This document shows, in pieces, positions 1 to 13,522 of a DNA stretch of 64,000 bases. The notes beneath the pieces were generated by a model, which saw nothing but the letters and a program-made list of their open reading frames with translations, ran no database searches and had not been told where the DNA came from. The stretch covers positions 248,001 to 312,000 of the forward strand of contig NIVC01000003.1 in assembly GCA_002269645.1 (NCBI GenBank), given 5' to 3'. A program made the position numbers and the translations under genes. The stretch comes from Macrostomum lignano (Eukaryota). Position 1 is the first letter of the stretch, and every line of letters starts with the position of its first letter.

Positions 1-389
1 GACCCGAACCCGCCCAGTGCCTCAGCCCAGCACTGGGACTGTCTTAGCAACAGAGTAATAAAAAAGCACTCGCAGATGCATCGCAGTAAAGCCGAGAGCC
101 AGACAGAAAGGTGCGTGAAGGTGAGAGAAGTGTCCGGGTGGAGTGAGCGGGAGACGCAGATGGCGCAGCCCTGATCCGCCGCTGCCACATGGCGAGTGAC
201 GTCAGGCGAATGGAAGCTGGGCAGATTCTTCAGTAATTGACTTTCCGCTAATGCAATAAATACACCTAAAACCCTGTCCGGGCGGGCGCAATTGTGCTGT
301 ACCACCAAAGGAGCTGTAAAATTGCTACTTGCCGCTTGCGTTATATCCTTTGTTGTTTAATTAAATCTTTGACCTCTACTCTCTGTTCA

Positions 390-1118
390 CTGCTGTCACT
401 CCAAACCCTTCACTGTCACTCTAAACCCTTCTCTGTCACTCCATATACTTTAATGTCACTCCAAACCCTTCACTGTCACTCTAAACCCTTCACTGTCACT
501 CTAAACCCTTCACTGTCACTCAAACCCTTCACTGTCACTCTAAACCCTTCACTGTCACTTTAAACCCTTCACTGTCACTCTAAACCCTTCACTGTCATTC
601 CAAACCCTTCACTGGCCCTCCAAACCCTTCACTGTCACTCTAAACCCTTCACTGTCACTCTAAATCCTTCACTGTCACTCTAAACCCTTCACTGTCACTC
701 TAAACCCTTTAATGTCACTCCAACCCTTCACTGGCCCTCCAAACCCTTCACTGTCACTCTAAACCCTTCACTGTCACTCTAAACCCTTCACTGTCACTCC
801 AAACCCTTCACTGTCACTCCAACCCCTTCAATGTAACTCCAAACCCTTTACTGTCACTCTAAACCCTTCACTGTCACTCCAAACCCTTCACTGTCACTCC
901 AAACCCTTCACTGTCACTCCAACCTCTTCAATGTAACTCCAAACCCTTTACTGTCACTCTAAACCCTTCACTGTCACTCCAAACCCTTCACTGTCACTCC
1001 AAACCCTTCACTGTCACTCCAAACCCTTCACTGTCACTCTAAACCCTTCACTGTCACTCCAAACCCTTCACTGTCACTCCAAACCCTTCACAATCACCCC
1101 AAACCCTTCACTGTCACT
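390..1118. repeat. 20-bp minisatellite (CTCTAAACCCTTCACTGTCA)n filling an EAAT intron
   Basis: Direct tandem periodicity of 20 nt, about 36 copies, ending at the donor site near 1121. Confidence 0.95.
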
Positions 1119-1121
1119 CAC

Positions 1122-4100
1122 AGCAGCCAGTCCACAGCCAGGATGAGCGAGATGTCGTCAGTCGGCAGGCCCACGGCGGAGAGCACCAGGATCATGGTCA
1201 CCAGGCCGGCGCTGGGGACGCTGGCGGCTCCGATGGCGGCCAGGGTGGCGGTGAAGCTGCAGTGGTTCGGGCGGATGGTCTATCAGTGAAAGGCGACAGG
1301 AGGCCCACAGCGGGAGCAGCAAGCGGAATTCCTTGCAGTACATTTCTCACCTGACAACGATGATCTGCGTGAAGCTCAGCTGGAAAGCGTTGACCTGGGA
1401 GATGAAGATGCTGGCCACGGCCTCGTACAGGGCAGTGCCGTCCATGTTGATGGTGGCCCCGATGGGCAGCACGAAGCGAGTGACGCGCTTGTCGATGCCG
1501 TTATTCTCCTCCAGACAGCGGAAGGTGATGGGCAGCGTGGCGGCGGACGAGGCGGTGCCCAGCGCGGTGATCCAGGCCTGGAAGATGCCGCGGAAGAACG
1601 TGACAGGATTGCGCCGGGTCAGCAGGAAGAACGAGATGGCCAGCGTGCCGCAGGAGTGGATGATGAGGCCCAGAATCACGGTGAGCATGTACAGGCCAAG
1701 GCTCTGCGCGGTGCTCGTCAGGTCCTTGATCAGCAGGATCTTGCTCACGATCAGGAAGAAGATACCGATGGGGGAATACCTGCAGATGGACATGGGCTGG
1801 CTTTGAGCTGGTTCAATGGGGCAGATCGGCAGACTCAAGCTTTGCCGCTTCAACTTAGTTTCTACGTGAAGTCACGATCGCCTGATCTGCTCGGATTAGT
1901 GGACTTGGCTGTCTGAGCTAGCAATCATATCATAAGTTGAGATTGCTGAAAAATGGTTGAGTGCTCACTTACCACATGATGACCTTGACCATGCGCATCA
2001 CGATCTCGTTCATGATGTTGAAGAACTGCACCATCAGCACGGCCTGGTCGCCCATCTGGCCGATAATGAGCCCGAAAAAGATGGAGAACGAAACCAGGCC
2101 TGGAGGGAGCGGTTCGAAAGTTCGGAGTTGCTAAATGCCCCAAAGATACGGATAGGGTGGGAGTGTGAAAGCGAGCAGGAAACTCGCTTTAGCTGCCTCA
2201 ATTAGCAACCAGGGGGCGTGAAAATGGCTGAGTGCTCAGTGTGAATATGTCAAGTCTTTGTGTACAGCCGAAGGCCCAAGCCAGGCTCACCCAGCACATT
2301 GGTAGACCAGAGCATCGTGAGCTGGCTGCTCTCCTCCATGCTCCACAGCGTTTCATTGGTTGTCTCGTTGACATACGAAACATTTTTGTCCACCGTCTCC
2401 GTTGCCGTCTGCCGGAAGCAGGCCTCGATGAGGTTCTCCGGGAACATGTTTCTGCGTAGTTTTTATTGGGGACGTTGGATCGTAAAATGCTTTAAGAAAT
2501 AGTAAATTCGCTCATCCACCATCACGCATTTTCGTGTCGTAAACAAATATTAATAAACTGCTCAGGAGCGGAGGCCCATTGGAAGCCCTTTCCATAGGGA
2601 ATTGAATTGCAGCTTCGCAGACATCTGAGAGGTGAGGCCCGACAATGCATCAAGTGAAAAAGGGGAGAGCAATTCATGAAGCAAAGCATCGCCCAAGTGG
2701 GTCTGAAGAGGCGCGAGGCGATTACTAAAATTCCTTCTCCTACTCCTTCATCTTTCATCTAGATATTGGTCCTTGAGAGATGAGCCCAGAGACCGGTTGG
2801 TGGCAAGAAACGGAGGGACGGATTCGAAGTGCCGCTGAAGCCCCGGAGGCGTGGCCAGAAGGCAATTTCAGAATCTCCCGAACCTCTCTCCTGAAATCAC
2901 CTCCCCACCACCAGGCGCACTTCTTGTCCCCGATAAACCTCCAGGGAGGATATCAACTTTCCGGGGGCTCCGGACCAAAAAGATGAAGGCTTCATCCGTC
3001 CAGCCCCTTCTCTCTCTCAGGCGTGCGGTTTTACAGCGAGCTCCGGGTAGTCGCGGGCGCTCAGGCGGTGCAAGCCCCCCCCCCCTAAGCCGGGACACCG
3101 TCAGGTTCCGGCGGCCTACAACGTGGGACAGCAGCTATGCGCTCCGCAGGTTTTTTCAAATAAGGCTGCGTGTCGCACCCTCAGCATCGTGGAAAATTTA
3201 ATCTCCCCCTGCGACCAGCCTTGTACGCGTGCTATGCGCGAACAGGGACAATTGCGAGAGCTTGACCGAACTTAAATGAATGTTTTCCCACGGGATTTCT
3301 GTTTCTGGCCAAGCTGCGTGCCCCCACCCCAGCCCCCGGCAGGCCCGAGGACTGTCGCTGGCGTGACCCCGTTGGGGGGACAAGTCATTCAGTGCCTTCC
3401 ATCCTTCGCGCACCTCCGTTGCGTGCCTGCTGTGCTCTGCGCGAAGCTGCAAGGTGGAAGAAACCGCAGCCTATGCTGGCTCTGCACCTTGCTTAGCTTC
3501 AGAGAGCCAAGACGCATTACTGCAGAGAAATTACCCAGGTCCCTGGCAAAAAACTGCTCAGACCCAGCTCAGTTAGCGCTAACTCCTAGAGTCAGGCCAA
3601 GAAACCAATGTACCCTACCTGAACAGGTCCAGGAACGAATCCAAGGTGCTCGGCATCCGCCTGGCTGTTATCTTTTCTCCGGTGCCCTTGCGTTTGATCT
3701 CCGGATCGCCCGGGTGGATGATAACGACCAGAATGATGCCGAGGATCACAGCTGCGATGGTGGTGGAGAAGTAGTACAGCAGAGCGCAGGAGCCCATCTT
3801 GCCCGATGACTTGGCGTCCAGGCTGGAGAGACCTGGGGATTGCAGTTCCGGGATTTGCATGCAAGCTTGCGTTCCAAGCTGGAATTGCCCCGCAGGAGCT
3901 AAAAAAACTGATTTTTATTTTCAGGCCGTTCACCTGGAGATTCCAGCTCTAAAAAACTCCAACTACTTTGTCGCGCAATTGATATGCAAAGAAAATCCTC
4001 CAGCTTCATTGCCCTGACATTTACCGTTAAGAAAAAGAAGCTCAAAGGAGTCTGGAAGAGCTCTGTCCCATTCCTCTCTTGCTGCGAGATCCCTACTCAC

Positions 4101-5663
4101 TTATTCCCTTGGTTTTTCCCACCGGCCTGCTGGACAAGGCTAAAATCCTCATCGCCCTTCTCATGAGTAGAGAGCTACCCCAGGAGGGAGAGGCTGAGTG
4201 AAGAAGGGATATCGTTAATATTTGACGATAGGAAACTACTCAAAGCTGGCAACGGATTCCGCAAAACGAGCGACCTGGGAGAAGAGAAGAAATTGCGATA
4301 AGGACCGGGTCAGTTGCTTTTAATGAACTGGAAAAGCAAGCCGAGGTGCTTAGGGCTGCGGGCTGATTCAGGTAGAGTAGTAAGCAGGGGATAAGTGCAG
4401 ATTAGGTTGCCATTTCATAATTTGGTTTGTACCCGATAAAATAGACATCGTCCCCTACAACACTCTGAAATCATCAGGTGTCTGTCCCCTACAACACTGC
4501 AATCATCAGGTGTCTGTCCCCTACAACACTCTGAAATCATCAGGTGTCCATCCATTATTGGATGTCTATCACCGACACAACCCAAGAACTTGCGGTGTCA
4601 GAGTGGTAGTTTCTAGTGGTCCTTGAACCTATTCCGGTTGGGCTGCCAGCCGTGTCAGGTGTCACTCACGACTACCCCCCCTGCCCCTGGTTCCTGCCTG
4701 CGAAACTTTGGCGACCCCAGAGACACTCGTAAAAATTCGGCCACACCAACCAGAAATAAGCGATGACACGATTAGCGGAATGATGAGCATCTTGAGCATG
4801 TTCATGAGCAGCTCTCCTGGGAAGCCGACGATCATGATGGCCCGCTCTCCTGGACTGGCCAGCCGGGTGGTCAGGCCCACCACAATGCCCAGGACCACAG
4901 CCAGCACCGTCAGCGTCACCAGCAGATTCTCTGGCTCCATCATGGACTTGCGGGTCGTCTGCAGCCGGTGCCGGGCCCGCTGGCCGAGGGTCGCGTTGCT
5001 GGGCAAGCCGCCGCCGCCGCTCTCGATGCCGCTGCCGCCGGCGCCGCTCGGATCGACTGTGCGGCCGCCGTCCTCGATGAGCATCGGCTCCTTCGCGGCG
5101 TTGTTGCCTTCGTTATTGCCCTCCTCGCTGCGGGTCGGGGGGTTGGGAGAAGGCAGTCAGCTTTTAATCCTCTCTCCCACCCTGTAACCAGTCAGAATAA
5201 ATCAACGGTTACAAAGACTCGCAAAGACGTACGCTTAATTACAAAGACCGTTTGCTGCCTACTGATATTAGTATAGGGGAATAAATAAATAATGTGCAAC
5301 TGCACTAAGTCAAAAACTACAAAACTGCAGACTGCAGAGAGAAGGAGCTCAGTGTTGTTGATTCCCTCACAGTCTGCAGACTGCAGAGAGAAGGAGCTCA
5401 GTGTTGTTGATTCCCTCACAGTCTGCAGACTGCAGAGAGAAGGAGCTCAGTGTTGTTGATTCCCTCACAGTCTGCAGACTGCAGAGAGAAGGAGCTCAGT
5501 GCTGTTGACTCCCTCACAGTCTGCAGACTGCAGAGAGAAGGAGCTTCGTGTGGGTGGGTAATACGCAAAAATTGCCTCAACAAAAAATACCCGAAGATAC
5601 TCACTTGGGACTAGGATTAGACTTCTTAAACTTGCTCTTTATTACGTCCAGAGGGTTAGACAT
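1122..5663 (-). CDS. SLC1/EAAT excitatory amino acid (glutamate) transporter, 3' end beyond left edge
   Basis: Exons (-) 5605-5663, 4751-5127, 3619-3832, 2291-2451, 1973-2099, 1351-1779, 1122-1256, all GT-AG and phase-consistent. Motifs: [84 protein letters not shown]. The DRxRT exon is not in the window. Confidence 0.95.
4452..4548. repeat. 33-bp tandem repeat, about 3 copies
   Basis: CCCTACAACACTCTGAAATCATCAGGTGTCTGT repeated. Confidence 0.8.
5324..5546. repeat. 49-bp tandem repeat, about 4.5 copies, in EAAT intron 1
   Basis: GAAGGAGCTCAGTGTTGTTGATTCCCTCACAGTCTGCAGACTGCAGAGA period; contains the palindrome CAGTCTGCAGACTG. Confidence 0.9.
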
Positions 5664-6914
5664 GGCTGGCTGAGGTTTCCTGTCCTGCTATACAGCTAGA
5701 TTAATTCAGTTCTACCGGGAAATAATTTCAGTGCCAAAAATGCGAGGCGCTTTTGATTTGCTTTTTTGGCTTTTGGACGACTAACAAAACAACTTTCTTC
5801 ACTTTGCTTGCGCCAGCAATCTGAGGGTTCCACGATATTCTATTCTAGGGGTGGTATGCGGGTGAAGGCTCGCAACTTTATAGCGCCAAAGCCTTCATAG
5901 GACAGGAGGAAGAAGGGAGAGAGACGAGCTGGAGACCAACCACCCAATAAACCGGAGTGCCAGGTCCGAGCGAACCCTGGAGATCGAGGCTGTCATTGGC
6001 GGGAAAGAGGGGAACAGAGGGGACAGTCTGCATGGCGGGAGACCACTGAGAGAGAATTGAAAAAATAGGGATCTAATCTCTGAACTGAGGACTGTTGACT
6101 GTTGACTGCAAGGATGACACATCACATCCTTGAATGTGTATACCGGCTTAGACTTTGGTTCCAAGTTTAGAAGTCCATATGTTAAAAATAATTTTGTGAA
6201 CTTTGTTGGCTACCAAGAGCTATAATAGCGGCCGCCAATGATGATATGAGCAATTATATCCTTGCACAATTCTATCATTACAGGACTGTGTTGATGCAGG
6301 CTACAGCTCACAATAGTATCTATGCTATTATAAGGTTAGAATCTAGAATCTAGTATCTATAAAAAAAGAGTTCTAGAATTTTGGCCAAAATCTAGATCTG
6401 GATCTACAGTGCCTAAATAGATCGATGAATTTCAACTGGTTAAACCCGAGAGAGCCCTAATTGCAATTCTAGGTCACTTTGTTTTCCAGTTCTGTCTGTT
6501 TGTACTTTCTTATTTCTGTTCCTAGCAATCTCTAAGGTCTTTGTCTTCTTTTGTCAAGCTTTTTTTTAAACTCGAAAAACCTGTCTGGGTCGGCCCCGGC
6601 TGAAGACTTTAGGCAGTTGGTCTTTGTTTGTGCTCCAGCACGTGAACCGGGAGTCCTACAGAACACAGCTTTAACAGCTGTTAAAGTTCAGTGGGGTCTT
6701 GGCAAATAGAATTCTCCGTGGAACACGGAGACACCAGAGTAGTAAAATCTGAGGTAACAAAGCCAGAATTGAAGATATTCAAGTCTATTGAAGCTCGCAT
6801 TCTACCCACAACGCTTTGGTTGGACTCAGTTTGAAGAGTTTTTTATTGCTTAGCGCTTAGCTCGTATTTTTGAGAGGATAATTTGTGGGATCAGGTGACA
6901 CTCAGAGACTGGGG

Positions 6915-7478
6915 GTCATACTTAGGCCGGGAGGGTGACACTCAGGGACCCACTCGGGGACGGGAGGAGGACACTCAGGGGGAGGGTGACACTCAGGGAC
7001 GGGAGGAGGACACTCAGAGAGGGGAGGGGGACACTCAGGGAGGGGAGGGTGACACTCGGGGACGGGAGGGTGACACTCGGGGACGGGAGGGTGACACTCG
7101 GGGACGACAGGGTGACACTCGGGGACGGGAGGGTGACACTCGGGGACGGGAGGGTGACACTCGGGGACGGGAGGGTGACACTCGGGGACGACAGGGTGAC
7201 ACTCGGGGACGACAGGGTGACACTCGGGGACGACAGGGTGACACTCGGGGACGGGAGGGTGACACTCGGGGACGGGAGGGTGACACTCGGGGACGGGAGG
7301 GTGACACTCGGGGACGGGAGGGTGACACTCGGGGACTGGAGGGTGACACTCGGGGACGGGAGGGTGACACTCGGGGACGGGAGGGTGACACTCGGGGACG
7401 GGAGGGTGACACTCGGGGACTGGAGGGTGACACTCGGGGACGGGAGGGTGACACTCGGGGACGGAAAGGTGACACTCA
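6915..7478. repeat. 21-bp minisatellite (GACACTCGGGGACGGGAGGGT)n
   Basis: Clear 21-nt period; explains the four overlapping repetitive ORFs. Confidence 0.95.
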
Positions 7479-8168
7479 GTGATGGGAGGTTCGTGCTCAG
7501 AGGAAAGAGATTTTTGAGAGTCGAAACTAATTTTCCCACATTTCTACTGCCGAGTAGTCTGATTTGAATGAGAGGGGGCCAGTCTAGCCAACCACACTGC
7601 AACTGTTGCGATTTTGAGCTGTTTTGCAGCCCTCAAATTTAACTAATAAGGTGAAATCGGGCAGACCAGAGGGTCAGATCAGATCAGAGGGTAAAGATTC
7701 TGTTTAGACTGGGGAAGCGGACTCTTGATCCCATTGTGCCCCGCAGCTGCTGCAGGCCGCAGGCAGGACGGGATCAAAATACTCCGCTGGCCACGTGCTG
7801 ATTACAGGCCCAGCAGCGCAGACACGGCCATCAAAGCAGCGCTTTTGTCTGAAATTCTGCTTTTATTCAGACACGAACTTCACGAAGTCAGCAGGTTTCA
7901 CATTAGTCTGTGGGCAGCCTTTCAAACTCGGCTAAACTTACCTGTCACAGCTGAGACGCCGGTTTGACAGCAGCATTTCTTGCTTTATCAGCACTCTTCT
8001 TGTGTGCGAACCGCTGCTGGCTTGAGAAGTGAGTCTGATCTGCTTTGATCCTGAGTACTGAGCTTTTTGCGATGGTAAAATTTCAATAGTGAACTATATG
8101 CCGCTGGATCGCGGGCTGTGAGGGCGAAGCAGTAGGGAGCCTCGCCATTGGCCCTCGCAATCTACATG

Positions 8169-8260
<92 letters not shown>
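8169..8260. repeat. (TATC)n microsatellite
   Basis: About 23 perfect copies. Confidence 0.97.
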
Positions 8261-8263
<3 letters not shown>

Positions 8264-8494
8264 TTTTCTTGGAGCTTCTTTTTTCATAAAGCAATTTTTC
8301 CAGTAGAGCACCCTGCAAGCATTTATCGAATTCAACGTCATATCAAGAGAATAAACTGTTTGTGGTTCCACATGCACTGTTAGAGAGTCGATTTTTTGCA
8401 AAAATGTTTAACACAGAATGCAGTGTATCTGAGAGCTGTGCATTCAAGGACAGCTAGAAGCTACAGCCACACTCATTTAAGGGCCACAGACTCT

Positions 8495-8833
8495 CATTTA
8501 AGCGCCTCAGACACTCAGTAAAGCGCCGCAGACACTCAAGCGCTTCAGACACTCAGTTAAGAGCAGCGGACACTCAAGCGCCGCAGACACTCACTTAAGC
8601 GCCGCAGACACTCACTTAAGCGCCGCAGACACTCACTTAAGCGCCGCAGACACTCAATTAAGCGCCTCAGACACTCAGTTAAGCGCCGCAGACACTCAAT
8701 TAAGCGCCTCAGACACTCAGTTAAGCGCCGCAGACACTCAATTAAGCGCCTCAGACACTCAATTAAGCGCCTCAGACACTCAATTAAGCGCCTCAGACAA
8801 TCAATTAAGCGCCGCAGACAATCAATTAAGCGC
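8495..8833. repeat. 21-bp minisatellite (AAGCGCCGCAGACACTCAATT)n
   Basis: 21-nt period. Confidence 0.92.
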
Positions 8834-9807
8834 AATTAAGATCAATAAGATCAATTAAGCTTGTTGTACCCTTGGGGGCGATGCCTCTGCTGCCAACTAG
8901 ACCGTCAGGACCACTGGACACTCTGAGGGATCACCCGAATGGACCACCTGAACGGACCACCCGAATGGTTGCAGACTTCCAGTAATACTCAAAGGCCCTT
9001 TGCAGCTCAACAGAATGCCTAAACTGTGTAGGGCTCTGGTGAAATGTGAGCACGAAAAAAGCACAATTCGGACTTGTTGACCCTCTGGTCATCCACAAGC
9101 GGACAGCCGCAACAAGTGGGTCTCCACCCGGAGATGAGAGCGCCTACTCAGTCGCGCTAATAATGAATGCCTGGTTTTTTGGTCACGCCATCCTCGAGTC
9201 CCTGAGAGGCAGGTGCTCAAGCTCCCAGTTGCACCTTGTTAGCTGTGCTGAACCAGGCCTTTGGTAGGCAGTGAAATTAATCACTGGGCTGGGTCAGGCG
9301 CTTTTAATCTGAGCCCACGCAAGACCAGGGGAACGGGTGATAAATTGGGATTCACTGACACTAAAGTGAATGATGGAGTTTGCACACGGAGAATAAAATA
9401 CAGTAAAATCAGGGATAGAAACTAATCGTAATTGTCAAATATAGCATTTTTCAAGCCAATTGAGCCTAGGAGCAAGCAATTTAATCCTTAGTGGGAAAAT
9501 CAAGCTATTGAAGACTTGCTTTTCATCGTCTATGGCCCGAAGGGGGGTCTGTGGAGCAACCAATTTGAGAATTCGGGCGTGCAATTAATCCTTTCCATAG
9601 TTGTGCAAGCCTTAAACCATAGAACCATAGAAGCCACACTGGGAAACGGAGGAGAATGTATACATCTTTTGAAGCCAATCGAGAGGAAATAATATAGTCT
9701 ATGGCCAAGCCTGATTTGGTTAACGCATGGACAGCCAAGAGGATAAAATGCCCATAGTAATAATAGGATAGAATGCAGATTAATTAATTTATGGTACAAA
9801 TGGGGGG

Positions 9808-9870
9808 GGGCCATAGCCTAGCGGTCCAGCGCGACATTCTGATGTGCCAGCGGCCCAGGCTCGATTCCAA
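9808..9870 (+). mobile_element. tRNA-derived SINE head / tRNA-like pseudogene
   Basis: Pol III A-box-like TAGCCTAGCGG (9814-9824) and B-box-like GGCTCGATTCC (9858-9868) at tRNA-like spacing; no intact cloverleaf. Confidence 0.45.
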
Positions 9871-10267
9871 GTGCAGTCACATCAAACTTGGCTTGGCTCT
9901 GCTCGGGGCAATAACCGCCACTGATTGCCGACCCCCAAAGCATAGTGAGGTGTACATGCCAACTAATTTAACAAAATGCTCGAATTAACACAACTCTATT
10001 GGTCGACCTTGACGTTTGTGTGTTGGTTCTTTATTCAGTTTTCTGATGTTATTAGAAACGGCTTCTATTGTTGGACATGTATTCAAGTTCCGTTGTCAGG
10101 CGAACACGAACGTGATTAATAATTCTCAAATTATTCAACAGAAAAGTTTTCCTACTTTGCGAAAAAATTCAATTAAAAGTTCGATTAAAGTACACTGTTC
10201 AATAATAGTTTAGAGGTCCGGCAGTAAAGTGCTGACTAGCCGGAATTCCTATCCTGCAAATACAACT

Positions 10268-10752
10268 GAGTGGGCGCCATTTCAGATGAGTGGGCGCCAT
10301 TTCAGTTATGTGAGCGCCATTTCAGATGAGTGGGCGCCATTTCAGTTATGTGAGCGCCATTTCAGATGAGTGGGCGCCATTTCAGCTGAGTGGACGCCAT
10401 TTCAGCTGAGTGGAGGCCATTTCAGCTGAGTTGGCGCCAGTTCAATTATGTGGGTGCCGTTTCAGATGAGTGGAGGCCATTTCAGCTGAGTTGGCGCCAG
10501 TTCAATTATGTGGGTGCCGTTTCAGATGAGTGGAGGCCATTTCAGCTGAGTTGGCGCCAGTTCAATTATGTGGGTGCCGTTTCAGATGAGTGGAGGCCAT
10601 TTCAGCTGAGTTGGCGCCAGTTCAATTATGTGGGTGCCATTTCAGATGAGTGGAGGCCATTTCAGCTGAGTTGGCGCCAGTTCAATTATGTGGGTGCCAT
10701 TTCAGATGAGTGGGTGCCATTTCAGCTGAGTTGGCGCCAGTTCAGCTGAGTG
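10268..10752. repeat. 20-bp minisatellite with 60-bp higher-order unit
   Basis: GAGTGGGCGCCATTTCAGAT-type monomers; identical 60-nt blocks at 10441, 10501 and 10561. Confidence 0.92.
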
Positions 10753-11142
10753 CGCAATACCCGTTGGACGTTACACTCATAAATCCTGAGAGTTTCGTTG
10801 CGATGGCATTTCATGAACGCAATTTTTTGTAGGCTATTTACTATTTTGCCAACAGAAAATGCACAAAAAGCGTTTTATACTACCCTAAGTAGCCATCTGA
10901 AAATTTGCAAACTTGAGGGGAATTTACCCACAGATATTCTACTCCAGTTAATTTTGAAAAAATTGAAAGAATAAAGAATTGGTAAACATATATCTATGGT
11001 TAAAAGCACTCAGTGCAGAGTAAGCTTAAATTTAAAGAAGGTTTTGCGTGTAGTCAGGAAAGTGGATTACAAATTATTAAAATCAATTTTCTAAATTATT
11101 AAAACTTGTTAATTGGAATTTCTCACCCAGCCAGCCGCAGCC

Positions 11143-13522
11143 ATGGCCTTCTTTACTCCGGAGATGCGGCGCCTGCAGGACGAGTACATGGAGACCATGA
11201 AAACCAGGGACGAGATGCGCGACATGCTTGTCACGTCTAGCCGGGAGCACGCAGTCAACGGCTTCTCCCAGGACCTAGAGCAGTTCACCAAGACGGTGGA
11301 GCTGGCCTACTCCATGGTGAACCAGATCGACCTGAGTAACGCTGACGAGAGCGACCTGCTCAAAACTATCCAAGAGGTCAACAGGGGCATTCACTACGCC
11401 AACACCACGCTGCGCTCCATTCACGCCAAGTTCAACGAGATGCAGAACGCAGTCTGCCACCAGCAGCTGCTCGACGTCAAGAAGGAGAAGGCGCTGCCGA
11501 ACCTCAGCCCGTCCGACTATGTGGTGCTCAGGGATCTCATCGTGACCCTGCACACCGAGTTCGACTCTGTGGACTCGGTTTACCTGTCTGTGAGTCTGAT
11601 TAAGGTGCTCTGTTGTGGGGACTCGGTGTGTCACTCCAAAACCCTCCCATGCAGACTTGGAAGACAATCCTGCTGCTGAAGTGCCTCGGCTACAGGGAGC
11701 CCAGCCAGCGTCTGATGGAGCTCATCGAGGATCGCATCAGCCGCAGCGCCGCGCGAAAAAGCGACAGCCGTCGGGTGCCGCTGCTCCGGCTGCTGCACTT
11801 TCTGAACCTCAACCGGCCGCGCTACGACCGCCACTTCGACTGCCTGCAGGAGGCCAAGTCTGTGAGCTGGGGCGGGTGAGGGCAGGTGGCAGACAGTCTG
11901 TGAGCTGGGGCGGGTGAGGGCAGATGGCAGACAGTCTGTGAGCTGGGGCGGGTGAGGGCAGATGGCAGACAGTCTGTGAGCTGGGGCGGGTGAGGGCAGA
12001 TGGCAGACAGTCTGTGAGCTGGGGCGGGTGAGGGCAGGTGGCAGACAGTCTGTGAGCTGGGGCGGGTGAGGGCAGATGGCAGACAGTCTGTGAGCTGGGG
12101 CGGGTGAGGGCAGATGGCAGACAGTCTGTGAGCTGGGGCGGGTGAGGGCAGATGGCAGACAGTCTGTGAGCTGGGGCGGGTGAGGGCAGATGGCAGACAG
12201 TCTGTGAGCTGGGGCGGGTGAGGGCAGATGGCAGACAGTCTGTGAGCTGGGGCGGGTGAGGGCAGATGGCAGACAGTCTGTGAGCTGGGGCGGGTGAGGG
12301 CAGATGGCAGACAGTCTGTGAGCTGGGGCGGGTGAGGGCAGATGGCAGACAGTCTGTGAGCTGGGGCGGGTGAGGGCAGATGGCAGACAGTCTGTGAGCT
12401 GGGGCGGGTGAGGGCAGATGGCAGACAGTCTGTGAGCTGGGGCGGGTGAGGGCAGATGGCAGACAGTCTGTGAGCTGGGGCGGGTGAGGGCAGATGGCAG
12501 ACAGTCTGTGAGCTGGGGCGGGTGAGGGCAGATGGCAGACAGTCTGTGAGCTGGGGCGGGTGAGGGCAGATGGCAGGCAGTCTGTGAGCTGGGGCGGGTG
12601 AGGGCAGATGGCAGACAGTCTGTGAGCTGGGGCGGGTGAGGGCAGATGGCAGACAGTCTGTGAGCTGGGGCGGGTGAGGGCAGATGGCAGACAGTCTGTG
12701 AGCTGGGGCGGGTGAGGGCAGATGGCAGACAGTCTGTGAGCTGGGGCGGGTGAGGGCAGGTGGCAGACAGTCTGTGAGCTGGGGCGGGTGAGGGCAGATG
12801 GCAGACAGTCTGTGAGCTGGGGCGGGTGAGGGCAGATGGCAGACAGTCTGTGAGCTGGGGCGGGTGAGGGCAGATGGCAGACAGTCTGTGAGCTGGGGCG
12901 GGTGAGGGCAGATGGCAGACAGTCTGTGAGCTGGGGCGGGTGAGGGCAGATGGCAGACAGTCTGTGAGCTGGGGCGGGTGAGGGCAGATGGCAGACAGTC
13001 TGTGAGCTGGGGCGGGTGAGGGCAGATGGCAGACAGTCAGACAGTCAGGACCAATACTTTTATATCAAACTCAACTCTGATCAGCACTGCTCGGTGATTG
13101 ATGACGCCGTGAGGCTGAGCATGGCCCGCAAGCTGCTGGCCCAGTACGTCCCGGACATGCCGGCCCAGGTATCCGAAGCGCTGACCCGGCGGCATGACTA
13201 CAACAACACGTCTAGACTGAGCTTCCTGCAGTTCGCCCTGATGGTGGGGCCGCTGATCGAGCAGGTGCCGCAGCCGGAGCTGGACCAGGCCGAGGAAGAG
13301 GAGGCGACAGTCGAGATCGGTGGCAGCGGCGGCACTGGTGCCGGCGGCCCTGGCGGAAGCGACGAAACCGAGGGAGGTGAGGAGAGCGCGGATGGGGAAG
13401 AAGATGAAGAGCAGCAGCAGCAGCAGCGCAGGAACTCCGCGGTGGACGAGGAGGAGGAGCCGCTGACCCCAGAGGGCGGCGAGGAGGGGGAGGAGTCCGA
13501 GGAGGAGCAGCCGGCACTGTGA
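11143..13522 (+). CDS. Uncharacterised ~375-aa protein: N-terminal coiled-coil-like region, degenerate EF-hand-like motif, acidic tail
   Basis: Exons 11143-11589, 11655-11861, 13049-13522, all phase 0 GT-AG, with strong GC3 bias. DYNNTSRLSFLQF resembles an EF-hand loop; E/D-rich C-terminus. Confidence 0.75.
11858..13037. repeat. 38-bp minisatellite, about 31 near-identical copies, making up almost all of intron 2
   Basis: AGTCTGTGAGCTGGGGCGGGTGAGGGCAGATGGCAGAC period. Confidence 0.97.

Noticed and set aside
390-1118. Telomere-like CTAAACCCT in the 20-bp repeat
   Set aside because: Only one plant-type heptamer word per unit, embedded in unrelated sequence; not a (TTAGGG)n or (TTTAGGG)n tract
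2780-3200. Possible decayed LINE ORF1 fragment in the EAAT intron
   Set aside because: Only a vague [12 protein letters not shown]-like patch with stops; not supportable
6883-7602. Repetitive ORFs (EGDTRGR, PSPSVTL, etc.)
   Set aside because: All frames are open only because of a 21-bp minisatellite; no splice or gene context
9529-9816. MITE bounded by CTATGGCCC/GGGCCATAG
   Set aside because: 9-bp IR only, no TSD, and it overlaps the tRNA-like head
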